From assembly GCA_044376085.1 (NCBI GenBank), contig JBILLN010000017.1:3186-67185 (forward strand): a stretch of 64,000 nucleotides of DNA, written 5' to 3'. The stretch comes from Bradymonadia bacterium (GTDB lineage Bacteria; Myxococcota_A; Bradymonadia; UBA7976; UBA1532). Below are positions 1 through 8,910 of the stretch, one piece after another. A model generated the notes under the pieces. The model searched no databases, was not told the origin of the DNA, and saw only the letters and a list, made by a program, of their open reading frames with translations. The first letter of the stretch is position 1, and each line of letters opens with the position of its first letter. The translations under genes and the position numbers were made by a program.

Positions 1-197
1 TCGACCTCCACGGGCAGGTCGATGCAGCGACACAGGTCGGCGATGAACGGGAAGCTGCCGCGCAGCACGCCCACGAGCACGAGCTCGCCCCGACCGCGGT
101 AGTCCGCTGTAATCTGCGCACCGAGCTCGCGATTTCGCGCTTCGATCGTGGCCGCGTCGTAGAGGACCTCGAGGTGTTTCGGATCGTAGTAGGGCAC
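1..197 (-). CDS. hpt: Hypoxanthine-guanine phosphoribosyltransferase, N-terminal part only; the gene runs off the window start.
   Basis: The minus-frame translation is VPYYDPKHLEVLYDAATIEARNRELGAQITADYRGRGELVLVGVLRGSFPFIADLCRCIDLPVEVD. This matches the Hpt N-terminus, including the VLVGVLKGS...FMADL core. A GTG start has GAGG 5 nt upstream, directly downstream of upp. Confidence 0.55.
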   Translation of the reverse strand, partial: MPYYDPKHLEVLYDAATIEARNRELGAQITADYRGRGELVLVGVLRGSFPFIADLCRCIDLPVEV

Positions 198-205
198 GGT
201 GCCTC

Positions 206-1003
206 TCAAACCCAGCTGTTGTTCATCAGCTCGCCGAATCCACCGCCGCCGGGCACGATGTACTGGCGCTCGTCGAGTCCCGACTCCTCGTCCCATCGCT
301 CGCCGGGGCGGGTGGCCAGGACGTCGGGCGGGGACATGCCTCTGTCGAGGCGCAGCGCGTAGATGCAGACGTCGGGGATCTCTCGCTTCAGCCGCCGGAT
401 GAACTCCGGCGTGACGATCAGGTTCAGCGTGACGACCTTGCGCGGTTTACCGAGGCCGCCGTCGACGTAGCTGTGGATCGCGGTGCACAGGCTGCCCCCC
501 GTGGCCCCCATGGGGTCGGGGAACAGCACGATGCAGCCGTCTGCGGAGCCGCCGATCTTCGCGCCGGAGATGGCGGCTCCCGTGACCTGATGCGCCTGAT
601 TGGTCGTCCGCGCCATGATCAGGTGGTCCTGACGCACGACCGGCGGGTCGAGCAGGTGGTTCAGCGTGTCGAAACAGACCTGGCTTGGCAGGATGCCGGC
701 CCGGGCGATGTCGACGACGACGGTCGGCGTGCGGGTGTCGATGACCTCGCCGCGAAAGACGCCGTTGCGGTTCGTCGCGAGCATGCGGGTCGGGATCTCC
801 GCGGCCACCCGCGGGAACTCGACGTTGATGACCGCCCGGATCAGGCTCGTGTAGAGCTGAGCGATGAGGTCGTTGAAAGCGGGCTGCTGGGTCTGAGGCG
901 AGCACAATCGGGCGAGCTGCGTCGTCAGAAACGGATCGTTCAGGATGTGTACGCCATCGCCGTACCGGTGTTCGATCTCGCTGAGACGGTATGGGGGGCT
1001 CAT
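206..1003 (-). CDS. upp: Uracil phosphoribosyltransferase-family protein.
   Basis: It carries the PRPP-binding loop VLFPDPMGATGGS and the C-terminal YIVPGGGGFGE motif, equivalent to IIPGLGDAGD in Upp. It lies 4 nt downstream of tdk. Confidence 0.65.
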   Translation of the reverse strand: MSPPYRLSEIEHRYGDGVHILNDPFLTTQLARLCSPQTQQPAFNDLIAQLYTSLIRAVINVEFPRVAAEIPTRMLATNRNGVFRGEVIDTRTPTVVVDIARAGILPSQVCFDTLNHLLDPPVVRQDHLIMARTTNQAHQVTGAAISGAKIGGSADGCIVLFPDPMGATGGSLCTAIHSYVDGGLGKPRKVVTLNLIVTPEFIRRLKREIPDVCIYALRLDRGMSPPDVLATRPGERWDEESGLDERQYIVPGGGGFGELMNNSWV

Positions 1004-1006
1004 CGA

Positions 1007-1690
1007 TTACTCCCGAAAGGGCATCGGTAACTGTTCGGGGATGGCCGGACGCGGCGCCGGCTCGGTGGAAATGGGCAGTGACTGCTGTTCGGGCGCCGAG
1101 ATCGGGTGCGCCTGATGGCAGCGGCGGCATCGGGCCTCGTAGGTATCGTGCGCCCCGATGACGACTCGGCTCTCGCTGGCGGACAGACGCTGCGAGCGAT
1201 TGGCCGGCGCGCCGCAGACCATGCAGACGGCCAGCGTCTTGGTGATGACCTCGGCGATGGCGAGGAGCTGCGGCATGGGCTCGAACGGGCGCCCCTGATA
1301 GTCCTGGTCGAGACCGGCGCAGATGACGCGCACGCCCCGGTCGGCGAGCAGATTCACCACCTCGACGAGCTCGAGGTCGAAGAACTGGACCTCGTCGATG
1401 CCGACCACCGCGGTATCCGGCTCGACGCCTTCGAGGATGTCCTGTGCGGACTCGACGGGGATGCCATGGACCCGGAGGTCGCTGTGGCTGACCACGGCCT
1501 CCGCATCGTAGCGGTCGTCGATGCGGGGCTTGAAGACCTGGACCTTCTGGCGTGCGATCGCGGCTCGGCGGATGCGACGGATGAGCTCCTCGGTCTTACC
1601 CGAGAACATGCTGCCGCAGACGACCTCGACCCAGCCGGTGCCGGGTTGCAGGTGGCCGGGAAAGCCGGCGCCGGGGTGGGTTCCGAACAT
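1007..1690 (-). CDS. tdk: Thymidine kinase.
   Basis: It has the [15 protein letters not shown]-loop, the [10 protein letters not shown] motif, and the C-terminal zinc-ribbon cysteines (CMVCG...CRRCH). The start may lie about 20 codons inside the ORF. Confidence 0.85.
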   Translation of the reverse strand: MFGTHPGAGFPGHLQPGTGWVEVVCGSMFSGKTEELIRRIRRAAIARQKVQVFKPRIDDRYDAEAVVSHSDLRVHGIPVESAQDILEGVEPDTAVVGIDEVQFFDLELVEVVNLLADRGVRVICAGLDQDYQGRPFEPMPQLLAIAEVITKTLAVCMVCGAPANRSQRLSASESRVVIGAHDTYEARCRRCHQAHPISAPEQQSLPISTEPAPRPAIPEQLPMPFRE

Positions 1691-1732
1691 CGGGCGCGGA
1701 ATCTACCCGAGGGGCGGCGGCCCCACAACGGC

Positions 1733-3916
1733 CTATTGGCGGGGCGTGACGGGGCGCACTTCGCGGGCCATCCACTGACGGAGCCGAGCGTTCAGACGAG
1801 CCCGGATCTCGGGCTCGGCCTCCGCGAGATCCCGCTTCTCGTCGGGGTCCTCCGCGAGGTTGAAGAGGGTGTACTCGTCGAACGTGATGCCCCATTGGTA
1901 CTTCCACGGCCAATCGACGATCGCCCGTCGGTCGGAGTGGTTGCTGTCGCGCACCATCTCGATGAAGACGGGCCCCCGATTCACGGTGCCTCGCGGGGTG
2001 CCGAAGGGGAGCAGGCTGACGCCGGGCAGGTCCGGTCCGCGCCGGAGACCGACGAGGTCGAGCACCGTCGGCACGATGTCGAGCAATGCGACGGGGGTCT
2101 CGACGACGCGCCCGGACAGCCCGGGGCCGGCGATGATGAGCGGCACCCGCACCTGGTCGTTGAACAGGTGCTGACCGTGGTAGCGATAGTCGTGCTCGCC
2201 GAAGCCTTCGCCGTGGTCGCCGTGCACGACGACGTAGGTGTTCCGGCCCCAGCCGCGCTCCTCGAGCGTATCGAGCAGGCGACCGAGGTGTTCGTCCATG
2301 AACCGGATCTCCTCGTCGTACCGGTCCGAGTCCGAATCTCCGAGGTCGGTGGGGAGATCGTGGCTCTGATAGTAGTGGTGCGGGTCGAAGTAGTGGATCC
2401 AGAGGTAGTAGGGCCCGCCGTCGGGCGCATGCCGCCCGAGCCACTCCAGCGTGAGGTCCGTGGTTGGCCCGCTCGTCGAGACGTTGACCATGCGGGGGCC
2501 GTACTTGTTCACCAGCGTCAGATCCCAGTCGATGAAGCCCTGATTCAGGCCGTACGACGGCAGGAAGAAGCGATGCGCCGGAAACCCGGCGGTGTGGTAC
2601 CCCGCGTCCCGGAGGCGCTCGGCGAGGGTGATGTTCTCCGGCCAGATGGTCGCCCACGAGTCCGGTGAGCGATCGACCTCGGAGAAATATCGGCCGGTGA
2701 AGACCGAGGGCATGGAGACTTTGGTCTGCGCGCCTTGAGCGAAGGCCCAGTGGAACCGCAGACCGCTCGCCGCGAGCGCGTCGAGCCGTGGCGAGGTGCC
2801 GCGGGGGTACCCCCACGCGCCCAGGCGGTCGGCGCGCAGGGTATCGATCGTGACGAGCACCACGTTCGGACGGTGGACGAGGGCAGGGCGGGGGGGACCA
2901 TCGGTGGGGTCGGCGGCCTCTGCGACGGCGGCCGGCTCGCTGCTGCCCGGCGCATCGCCGCCGTAACAGTCGTCGTCGACCCCGTTCAGGGGCAGCTCCG
3001 GGGCCCCCGGATGGACGTCGGCGTTGTCGTCGTCGCAGTCGCCGCCCCCCAGGAGTCCGGCGAAACCGTCGCGGTCCGCGTCGAAGAACGGCTGCGCCTG
3101 CATCACCAGGGGCTTGAAGAGGAGCGTCTGGTCGAGGAGCGCGGCCTTCACCGCGGGACGGGCCTCCATGAAGCGCACGAGATCTCCGGTGCCGACCAGG
3201 GCGAGGGCGGCGGCGACGACCGCGCTCCGCGCCCATGCGGGGTGTCTCAGGCCGGTGTGGGCCCGACGGTACAGCACCATCGTGGTGGCCGCGGCCACCA
3301 CCGGCCAGGAGAAGAGGACGACGGGCGGCCACGCGCCGAAGCTCTCCTGGAGGGCGTCGTTCTTCAGGAACGTCGCGATGCCCAGGGAGAGGACGAACGC
3401 CAGGACGCCGGCGCCCAACGCCCGACTCGGCGTGATCCGACCACCACCCCACCGTGCATCGAGCGCCCCGAGGAGACGTCGGAGCACGGACCAGAGGTAG
3501 AACGACGCGCCGAGCGCGAGGGGGGCGAAGAGCGCGAGCGCTGTGGCTCCGAGGCCGCGGTGATGGGTGCGCGTCGCCACCAGGAAGGCGGCGACGAAGC
3601 ACGTGGCGGCGAAAAAGACCAAGGCGACGAGCCCGGCCGGCCCGTCCGCCGTCGGCTCGTTCTCCGGGAGATCGGGCGCCGAACGCGGGCGGGCCCGGGT
3701 CCAGAGCGCGGTCAGGAAACCCGCCGTCGCCGCCGCCACCGCCCCGAACGCGACGAAGGGGGCCGAGGCGTAGAGCGCCGCCAAGAGACGCGTCGTGGCG
3801 CTGGCGTCCCCCGGACCGACGAGCAGGACGACCGCGTCGACGAGGGCGACGCCGGCCGAAGCGGACAGGAGGCCGAAAAAAGCGGCGCGGGCGAGGGAAC
3901 GCTGCACGGGGCGCAC
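1733..3916 (-). CDS. Polytopic membrane protein with a C-terminal alkaline-phosphatase-superfamily (sulfatase-like) domain. It is likely a phosphoglycerol/phosphoethanolamine-type transferase rather than a true sulfatase.
   Basis: The N-terminal half is hydrophobic with multiple TM helices. It contains the myxobacterial metal-binding motif DADRDGFAGLLGGGDCDDDNADVHPGAPELPLNGVDDDCYG. The sulfatase-fold region is NVVLVTIDTLRADRLG, with a degenerate active-site box SMPSVFTG that lacks the C/S-x-P-x-R arginine. Confidence 0.6.
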   Translation of the reverse strand: MRPVQRSLARAAFFGLLSASAGVALVDAVVLLVGPGDASATTRLLAALYASAPFVAFGAVAAATAGFLTALWTRARPRSAPDLPENEPTADGPAGLVALVFFAATCFVAAFLVATRTHHRGLGATALALFAPLALGASFYLWSVLRRLLGALDARWGGGRITPSRALGAGVLAFVLSLGIATFLKNDALQESFGAWPPVVLFSWPVVAAATTMVLYRRAHTGLRHPAWARSAVVAAALALVGTGDLVRFMEARPAVKAALLDQTLLFKPLVMQAQPFFDADRDGFAGLLGGGDCDDDNADVHPGAPELPLNGVDDDCYGGDAPGSSEPAAVAEAADPTDGPPRPALVHRPNVVLVTIDTLRADRLGAWGYPRGTSPRLDALAASGLRFHWAFAQGAQTKVSMPSVFTGRYFSEVDRSPDSWATIWPENITLAERLRDAGYHTAGFPAHRFFLPSYGLNQGFIDWDLTLVNKYGPRMVNVSTSGPTTDLTLEWLGRHAPDGGPYYLWIHYFDPHHYYQSHDLPTDLGDSDSDRYDEEIRFMDEHLGRLLDTLEERGWGRNTYVVVHGDHGEGFGEHDYRYHGQHLFNDQVRVPLIIAGPGLSGRVVETPVALLDIVPTVLDLVGLRRGPDLPGVSLLPFGTPRGTVNRGPVFIEMVRDSNHSDRRAIVDWPWKYQWGITFDEYTLFNLAEDPDEKRDLAEAEPEIRARLNARLRQWMAREVRPVTPRQ

Positions 3917-3957
3917 TATACCCCAGCGCGGCGTGGCGACTATACTCGCGCCCCCTG

Positions 3958-5601
3958 ATGCGCACCGAAGCCCGACCGACGCGAATTCTGGGGATGCTCG
4001 TCCTGGCGGCCTGCGCCGGGTATCTGGGTGTGTTTCTCTGGGTGGCCGCCCTGCGCCTCGTCTATCCGTTCGAAGTCGAGTGGATGGAAGGCGGCATGCT
4101 CACCCATGCCGCGCGCCTGCTCGACGGGCAGCCCATCTATGCCGCTCCGAGCGCGGACTTCGTCCCGTTCTTCTACACGCCGCTCTACCCGACGCTGCTC
4201 GCCGGCCTCTCCCACCTGACGGGTGGCTTGAGCTTCACCCTCGGGCGCGGCGTGTCGCTCTTCTTCACCCTCTACACGTTCGCGCTCCTGTTCTACATCG
4301 GCCGGCGAGAGGCCGGTCCGCGGGCCGGGCTCGTCGCCGCCGGACTCTACGCGGCGATGTTCCGGTTCACCGGCGCCTTCTACGACGTGGCGCGCCCGGA
4401 CGCGATGTTCGTCGCGCTGGTCCTGAGCGGGTGCGCCCTGGCCTACTACGATCGTTCGTGGCGGGGGGTGTGCCTCTCGGCCGTGCTCTTCGTGCTCGGA
4501 CACTTCACGAAACAGACGACGAGCGTGTTCGTGCCGATGGTCGGGTTGTGGCTTCTGTTCCGCAGTCCCCGGCAGGCGGTGGTGTTCGGGGCGCTGGTGG
4601 GTGTACTCGCCGTGCTCGGCACCGTTCTGTACGACCGAGCCACCGGGGGATGGTTCTGGACCTATATTTTCGAGGGTCACCAGGGCCATCTGTTCTACTG
4701 GAAGAATATCTTGATGGAGTACTGGCGGGATGTGCTGTTTCTCGCCCCGATTCTGCTGTTGATGCCCCTCTTGTGGTTCTCGTACCGGATCCCGGTGACG
4801 ATTCTGTCGCTCTTTCTGGTCGTACACTGGGCGTATGCGTTCTGGTTCCGCGCCACAACGCTCGACTACGTGCCCCATATGTACTATCAGGAACTCTGGT
4901 ACGAGACGCCTCGCTGGGCGATCCTCGTCCCCCCGTTGCTCATCGGTGGGCTCGTGGCACTGTACCGGTGGCGATATCGAGGGACACCGCCAGGGCCGCT
5001 CTCCGTCAACGTCTTCTTCCTGCTGTGTTACGTGGCCGGTACCGGCTCGAGCGGGCTCAACCACAGCACCCAGTGGGCCTACGCGAACTGTTTCATGCCG
5101 ATCGCGGTCTTCGGCGCCCTGTTCCTGGCGCTCGTGGCCGAAGATCTGAGCCGGACGCCCCTGGGCGGGGGCCTCGTACGGGGTGCGCTGCTCGTGCAGC
5201 TCGCCGCCTTCGTCTATCACCCGGGGCGGCAGGTCCCCGGGCGCGCCGACTACGAGGCGCTCACGGAGCTGCACGCGGCCCTCGAGGCGCACCCGGGGCG
5301 ATTGTTCGCGCCCGCCCATCCTTTCCTGGCCTGGTCCCGGGACGGCCGCGTTCACGTTCACCAGATGGGTATTCAGGATGTCGCCTTCATGGGCGGCGTC
5401 CGCGACCTGGAACGCCGGCTCGCCGCCCACGAGTGGGGGGTCGTCCTGCTCGAGGAGCAGAACCGCATCCCCGGCCTCGAGCGGCACTATCGTCAGGTCC
5501 GGCGCTTCCAGTGGGCCGACCCCGACGCATTGCGGGCGAAGACCGGGTTCCTCGTTCGGCCGCAGAGCCTGTGGGTGCCGAAGGTCGGCCCGGCGCGCTG
5601 A
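3958..5601 (+). CDS. GT-C fold membrane glycosyltransferase (GT39/GT83-like; PMT/ArnT family).
   Basis: The product has about 12 predicted TM helices rich in aromatic residues. The N-terminal loop YPFEVEWMEGGM resembles the acidic loop-1 motif of lipid-linked sugar transferases. The start was chosen at MRTEARPTRILGML, because the longer ORF overlaps the upstream minus-strand gene. Confidence 0.55.
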   Translation: MRTEARPTRILGMLVLAACAGYLGVFLWVAALRLVYPFEVEWMEGGMLTHAARLLDGQPIYAAPSADFVPFFYTPLYPTLLAGLSHLTGGLSFTLGRGVSLFFTLYTFALLFYIGRREAGPRAGLVAAGLYAAMFRFTGAFYDVARPDAMFVALVLSGCALAYYDRSWRGVCLSAVLFVLGHFTKQTTSVFVPMVGLWLLFRSPRQAVVFGALVGVLAVLGTVLYDRATGGWFWTYIFEGHQGHLFYWKNILMEYWRDVLFLAPILLLMPLLWFSYRIPVTILSLFLVVHWAYAFWFRATTLDYVPHMYYQELWYETPRWAILVPPLLIGGLVALYRWRYRGTPPGPLSVNVFFLLCYVAGTGSSGLNHSTQWAYANCFMPIAVFGALFLALVAEDLSRTPLGGGLVRGALLVQLAAFVYHPGRQVPGRADYEALTELHAALEAHPGRLFAPAHPFLAWSRDGRVHVHQMGIQDVAFMGGVRDLERRLAAHEWGVVLLEEQNRIPGLERHYRQVRRFQWADPDALRAKTGFLVRPQSLWVPKVGPAR

Positions 5602-5628
5602 GTGCGGCTCGAGCCACGGGCAAAGAAA

Positions 5629-5648
5629 AGGGCGCCCTGGGGCGCCCT
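5629..5648 (-). terminator. Rho-independent terminator for the lipoprotein gene; it may act bidirectionally for the convergent GT-C gene.
   Basis: A perfect 8-bp stem AGGGCGCC-CTGG-GGCGCCCT is followed on the minus strand by TTTTCTTTG (forward caaagaaaag at 5621-5629). Confidence 0.5.
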
Positions 5649-5680
5649 CCGTCACGGTCCCCGTCGGGGGCCGCTCGAAC

Positions 5681-6949
5681 TCACTGCGCCGCGGCGACGC
5701 CCGTGATGTTCACGCCTTCCATCTCGACCTGGAGGCAGACGCCGATGGCGTTGCAGTCCCCGGTCTGGGGGTTGCAGTCGCCGGGCGCGCCGGCGTCGTC
5801 GACCTTGGAGTCGAAGCCACCGAGGAAGCTGCTGATGAGGTCGATGCCGGCCTGGCAGTCCTCGGGGGTGCAGGACCCCGGAGGCAGGATGCTGTTCAGC
5901 GTGCTGCAGAAGCTCGGGGGCTCGGGGGCCGCGCAGGCGCCCTGGAGACCCGAGAGCAGGCCGACGATCGAGTCCTGCGTGAGGTAGCCGCCGATGAGGC
6001 CGTCCGTGAACTTGTACCCCACGCCGTTGGCGCCGATGCCGACGTAGCCGGCGACCTGGGAGGCCTCCAGCGCGAGGGAGATCGGCAGACCCTGGATCGG
6101 CAGGGTGAGCGCGAAGCGGGAGCTCGGCGTCCGGAGCGCGCCGTTCGCCCCAATGGTGGCGCCCGGGAAGTGGATCAGCGGGGTGGTGCCGTCCGCGGCG
6201 AAGCTGGCGGGGTCGATGAGCCATTCGCCCTCGGCCGCGCCGGAGTCACCCGTGTAGAGCTGAAGGTCGATGTCGCCGGTGGCCCCGAAGGCCTCACCGT
6301 CGTCGGCGCCCACGAGGCGGCTGAGCAGCTTGAGCTGGATCTCGCCGGTCTCGTCGGGCTGCACGAAGCTGCCGAGGCCCGAGTCGCCGCAGGCGGCGGG
6401 GTCGGCCGGGGGGGCATCCGGGTTGAGCAGCGGGAGCAGGCCGGCGAGCGCCGTGCCCTTGGAGGCGCCGTACAGGCGGCAACCGACGTCGATCGCGCAC
6501 TGCGGGCTGGCCGGGACGTTGATCCAGTTCACGCGGGCCGCGGGGCCGAAATCGCCGGGGGCGGCCCAGGTGCAGGGCTCGGTGTCGCAGGGGGTCTGGC
6601 TCGGGGGCCCGGCGCAGACGGCGTCGCCATCGACGCAGCCCTCGGGGGGCGGGGGGAGCTCACCGCCGGTCGCGCCGCCGGTGCTGCCACCGGTGCTGCC
6701 GCCCGTGGTACCACCCTCGGGCTCGGTGCCGCCGGTGGTGCCGCCCGTCGGCGTCCCGCCAACGGGGGTGCCGCCCGTGGGGGTGCCGCCCGTCGGCGTG
6801 CCGCCGGTGGTCCCACCGGTCGCCTCGCCGCCGCTGCCGGAGCCGGCATCCGACTTGTCGCCGCCCTCGGCGCTCGTCGAGTCCTCACCACACGCAACCA
6901 GGGCCGCCGTGGCCAGGGCTGCAACCAGAAGCTCGTTCAGCTTCACCAT
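5681..6949 (-). CDS. Secreted lipoprotein with a Gly/Thr/Pro-rich linker and a Cys-containing C-terminal domain.
   Basis: The signal peptide ends in the LVAC lipobox (MVKLNELLVAALATAALVACG), and GGAGG lies 7 nt upstream of the ATG. Residues about 40-95 are GGTTGGTPTGG repeats. The start was chosen inside the longer ORF. Confidence 0.6.
   Translation of the reverse strand: MVKLNELLVAALATAALVACGEDSTSAEGGDKSDAGSGSGGEATGGTTGGTPTGGTPTGGTPVGGTPTGGTTGGTEPEGGTTGGSTGGSTGGATGGELPPPPEGCVDGDAVCAGPPSQTPCDTEPCTWAAPGDFGPAARVNWINVPASPQCAIDVGCRLYGASKGTALAGLLPLLNPDAPPADPAACGDSGLGSFVQPDETGEIQLKLLSRLVGADDGEAFGATGDIDLQLYTGDSGAAEGEWLIDPASFAADGTTPLIHFPGATIGANGALRTPSSRFALTLPIQGLPISLALEASQVAGYVGIGANGVGYKFTDGLIGGYLTQDSIVGLLSGLQGACAAPEPPSFCSTLNSILPPGSCTPEDCQAGIDLISSFLGGFDSKVDDAGAPGDCNPQTGDCNAIGVCLQVEMEGVNITGVAAAQ
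6661..6840 (-). repeat. Imperfect tandem 15-nt repeats encoding the (GGTPT)n linker.
   Basis: Units such as ggtgccgcccgtcgg and ggtgccgccggtggt recur and encode GGTPTGGTPTGGTPVGGTPTGGTTGGT. Confidence 0.6.
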
Positions 6950-7081
6950 TGATTCCTCCGCGCGGGCCAGAAGTTCCCCGCTTCGACCGTGTTTCGACGC
7001 CGACTTGACGCGTCGGGTGCTTTTAGCAGAAGCGCGACGAACGGTGCAAAGGGACAGTGTGGGCAAACGCCACACCCGCAT

Positions 7082-8878
7082 TCATTCGCCGTCGGATTCG
7101 GGTTCGCCCCGGGTGATCGCCAAGTGGCGGAAGATCGTTCGGGGATCGACGCCGAGATCGCGGGCGGTCTTCGTCCGGTTGCCGCCATTGAGCGCGAGGA
7201 CCTCGTCGATGTAACGGCGCTGGAAGGCCTCCTTCGCCTCCGCGAGTGGCAGGACGCGGCCCGCAAGGACGTCGTCGGAGAGGTCGAGGTCCCTGGGCGA
7301 GAGCTGGAGGTCGTCGGCGAGGACGACCGCCTTCTTGATCCGGTTCTCGAGTTCCCGGATGTTGCCCGGCCAGGCGTGCTTCCGCAGGGCGATGATGGCT
7401 TCGCGGGTGAAGCCGTGAATGGGCCGGCCGAACTCCTTCGAGAACTTCTCGAGCAGGAAACGCGCGATGAGCACGACGTCTTCGTCCCGGGCTCGCAGGG
7501 GCGGGAGTTCGATGCTGACGACGTTGAGGCGGTAGTACAGGTCCTCGCGAAAACGGCCGAGCTTGATGGCCTCTTCGAGATTGACGTGCGTGGCGGCGAC
7601 GACCCGGATGTCCACCGGTGTGGGGCGCGTCTCGCCGACCGCAGTGACGACGCGCTCCTGGATCGCCCGTAGCAGTTTCACCTGCAGGTTGGGCGGCATC
7701 TCGCCGATCTCGTCGAGGAAGAGGGTTCCGCCGTGGGCCGCCTGGAAGCTGCCCATCTTGTTCTCCACCGCACCGGTGAACGCCCCCTTGCGATGCCCGA
7801 ACAGCTCGCTCTCCATCAGCGACTCGGGAATGGCGCTGCAGTTGATCGCCACGAAGGGCGCGTTCTTGCGTCGAGAACGCCGGTGGATCTCGCGGGCGAT
7901 GAGCTCCTTGCCCGTGCCGGTCTCGCCGAGGATGAGCACGCCGATGTCCGCGACCGCGATCTTCTCGACCCGACGGAAGACCTCGCGCATCACGTCGCAG
8001 GCCCCGATGATCTCGCCGAATTTCTGGCGCTCGAGGTCGAGGCGGAGCTCGGCGGTCTCGGCGCGCAACGCTTGCACCTGCATTGCGTGCTGAAGCAACA
8101 GGGCGGCCTGCGACGCGAAGACCGCGAGCAGCTCGAGCGAGCGCGGTTCGAAGAGGTTCACGACATTGTCGTTGCCCACGTAGATGACGCCCAACAGATT
8201 GCCCTGGAAGAGCAATGGAACGCACATCACGCTGCACAGACGCAGCTGCATGACCGAAATGCTGGCGTTGAACGCCGAATCGTTGAGGGCATCGCTGACG
8301 ATCAGCGGCTCGCGAGACTCCAGCACCCGATTGATGATGCTGTCGCTGACGTGGTCGAGGCTGGCCGCGATGCTCTCCTTGTTCAGATTCCGGGCCGTGC
8401 AGACCCGCGGCTCACCATCGCGCATGATGAGCAGGAACCCCTTGTCCGCGCCGGTCAAGGCCACGACCTCGTCGAGCAGCGCCTCGAGCAGCTCGTCGAC
8501 CCCCACACGGCGCGCAAGGTGATCCGAAAAGGCCGCCAGCCGGCGGTAGGCCTGGAGTTCGTCGACCGCGGGCCCCGCCTCTCGCTCCATGGTGGTGCGG
8601 TCGTCCCAGAGGTGGAACTTCAGCGCCGTCTGACCGAGGAGAATGGCGTCCCCGTGCTCGAGGATGTGTTTGCGGACCGCTTTGCCGTTGACGAGGACGG
8701 GATACGCCCGATGCTCGAGGGCCACGAGAACGAACCGGCCCTCTTCGAGGCGCACGTGCGCATGGGTGGCGGCCACGCCGGGGCCGTGGACGACGACGTC
8801 GTTCTCGGGATCCGCGCCCACGGACGAGAGTTTGCGCACCAGGGGCTGGGAGCGGCCCGCAAAGATCAGACTGGGCAT
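7082..8878 (-). CDS. Sigma-54-dependent transcriptional activator with N-terminal FHA and GAF domains.
   Basis: The FHA region is VGADPENDVVVHGPGVAATHAHV...NGKAV. The central AAA+ region has GETGTGKE, ESELFGHRKGAFTGA (the GAFTGA sigma-54 contact) and LFLDEIGEM. A C-terminal Fis-type HTH is present. The start was set at MPSLIF, because the upstream part of the ORF is occupied by a separate gene. Confidence 0.8.
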   Translation of the reverse strand: MPSLIFAGRSQPLVRKLSSVGADPENDVVVHGPGVAATHAHVRLEEGRFVLVALEHRAYPVLVNGKAVRKHILEHGDAILLGQTALKFHLWDDRTTMEREAGPAVDELQAYRRLAAFSDHLARRVGVDELLEALLDEVVALTGADKGFLLIMRDGEPRVCTARNLNKESIAASLDHVSDSIINRVLESREPLIVSDALNDSAFNASISVMQLRLCSVMCVPLLFQGNLLGVIYVGNDNVVNLFEPRSLELLAVFASQAALLLQHAMQVQALRAETAELRLDLERQKFGEIIGACDVMREVFRRVEKIAVADIGVLILGETGTGKELIAREIHRRSRRKNAPFVAINCSAIPESLMESELFGHRKGAFTGAVENKMGSFQAAHGGTLFLDEIGEMPPNLQVKLLRAIQERVVTAVGETRPTPVDIRVVAATHVNLEEAIKLGRFREDLYYRLNVVSIELPPLRARDEDVVLIARFLLEKFSKEFGRPIHGFTREAIIALRKHAWPGNIRELENRIKKAVVLADDLQLSPRDLDLSDDVLAGRVLPLAEAKEAFQRRYIDEVLALNGGNRTKTARDLGVDPRTIFRHLAITRGEPESDGE

Positions 8879-8910
8879 GGGACTTCCGGTGGCGCTGGGC
8901 CGGCAGGGGT

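Noticed and set aside
1596-3965. A 789-aa ORF out of frame with the sulfatase-fold gene, and the 5' extension of the GT-C ORF back to 3454.
   Set aside because: The out-of-frame ORF is Arg/Pro-rich. The in-frame neighbour carries the TM domain and the TIDTLRAD sulfatase-fold motif. The GT-C extension would overlap the upstream gene by 460 nt. The start was moved to the ATG at 3958, where the hydrophobic domain begins.
6950-7081. A sigma-54 promoter in front of the lipoprotein gene adjacent to the FHA-GAF activator.
   Set aside because: TGGCG and TTGC elements are present, but with wrong spacing (0 nt or misaligned). No GGCAC-N5-TTGC match exists.
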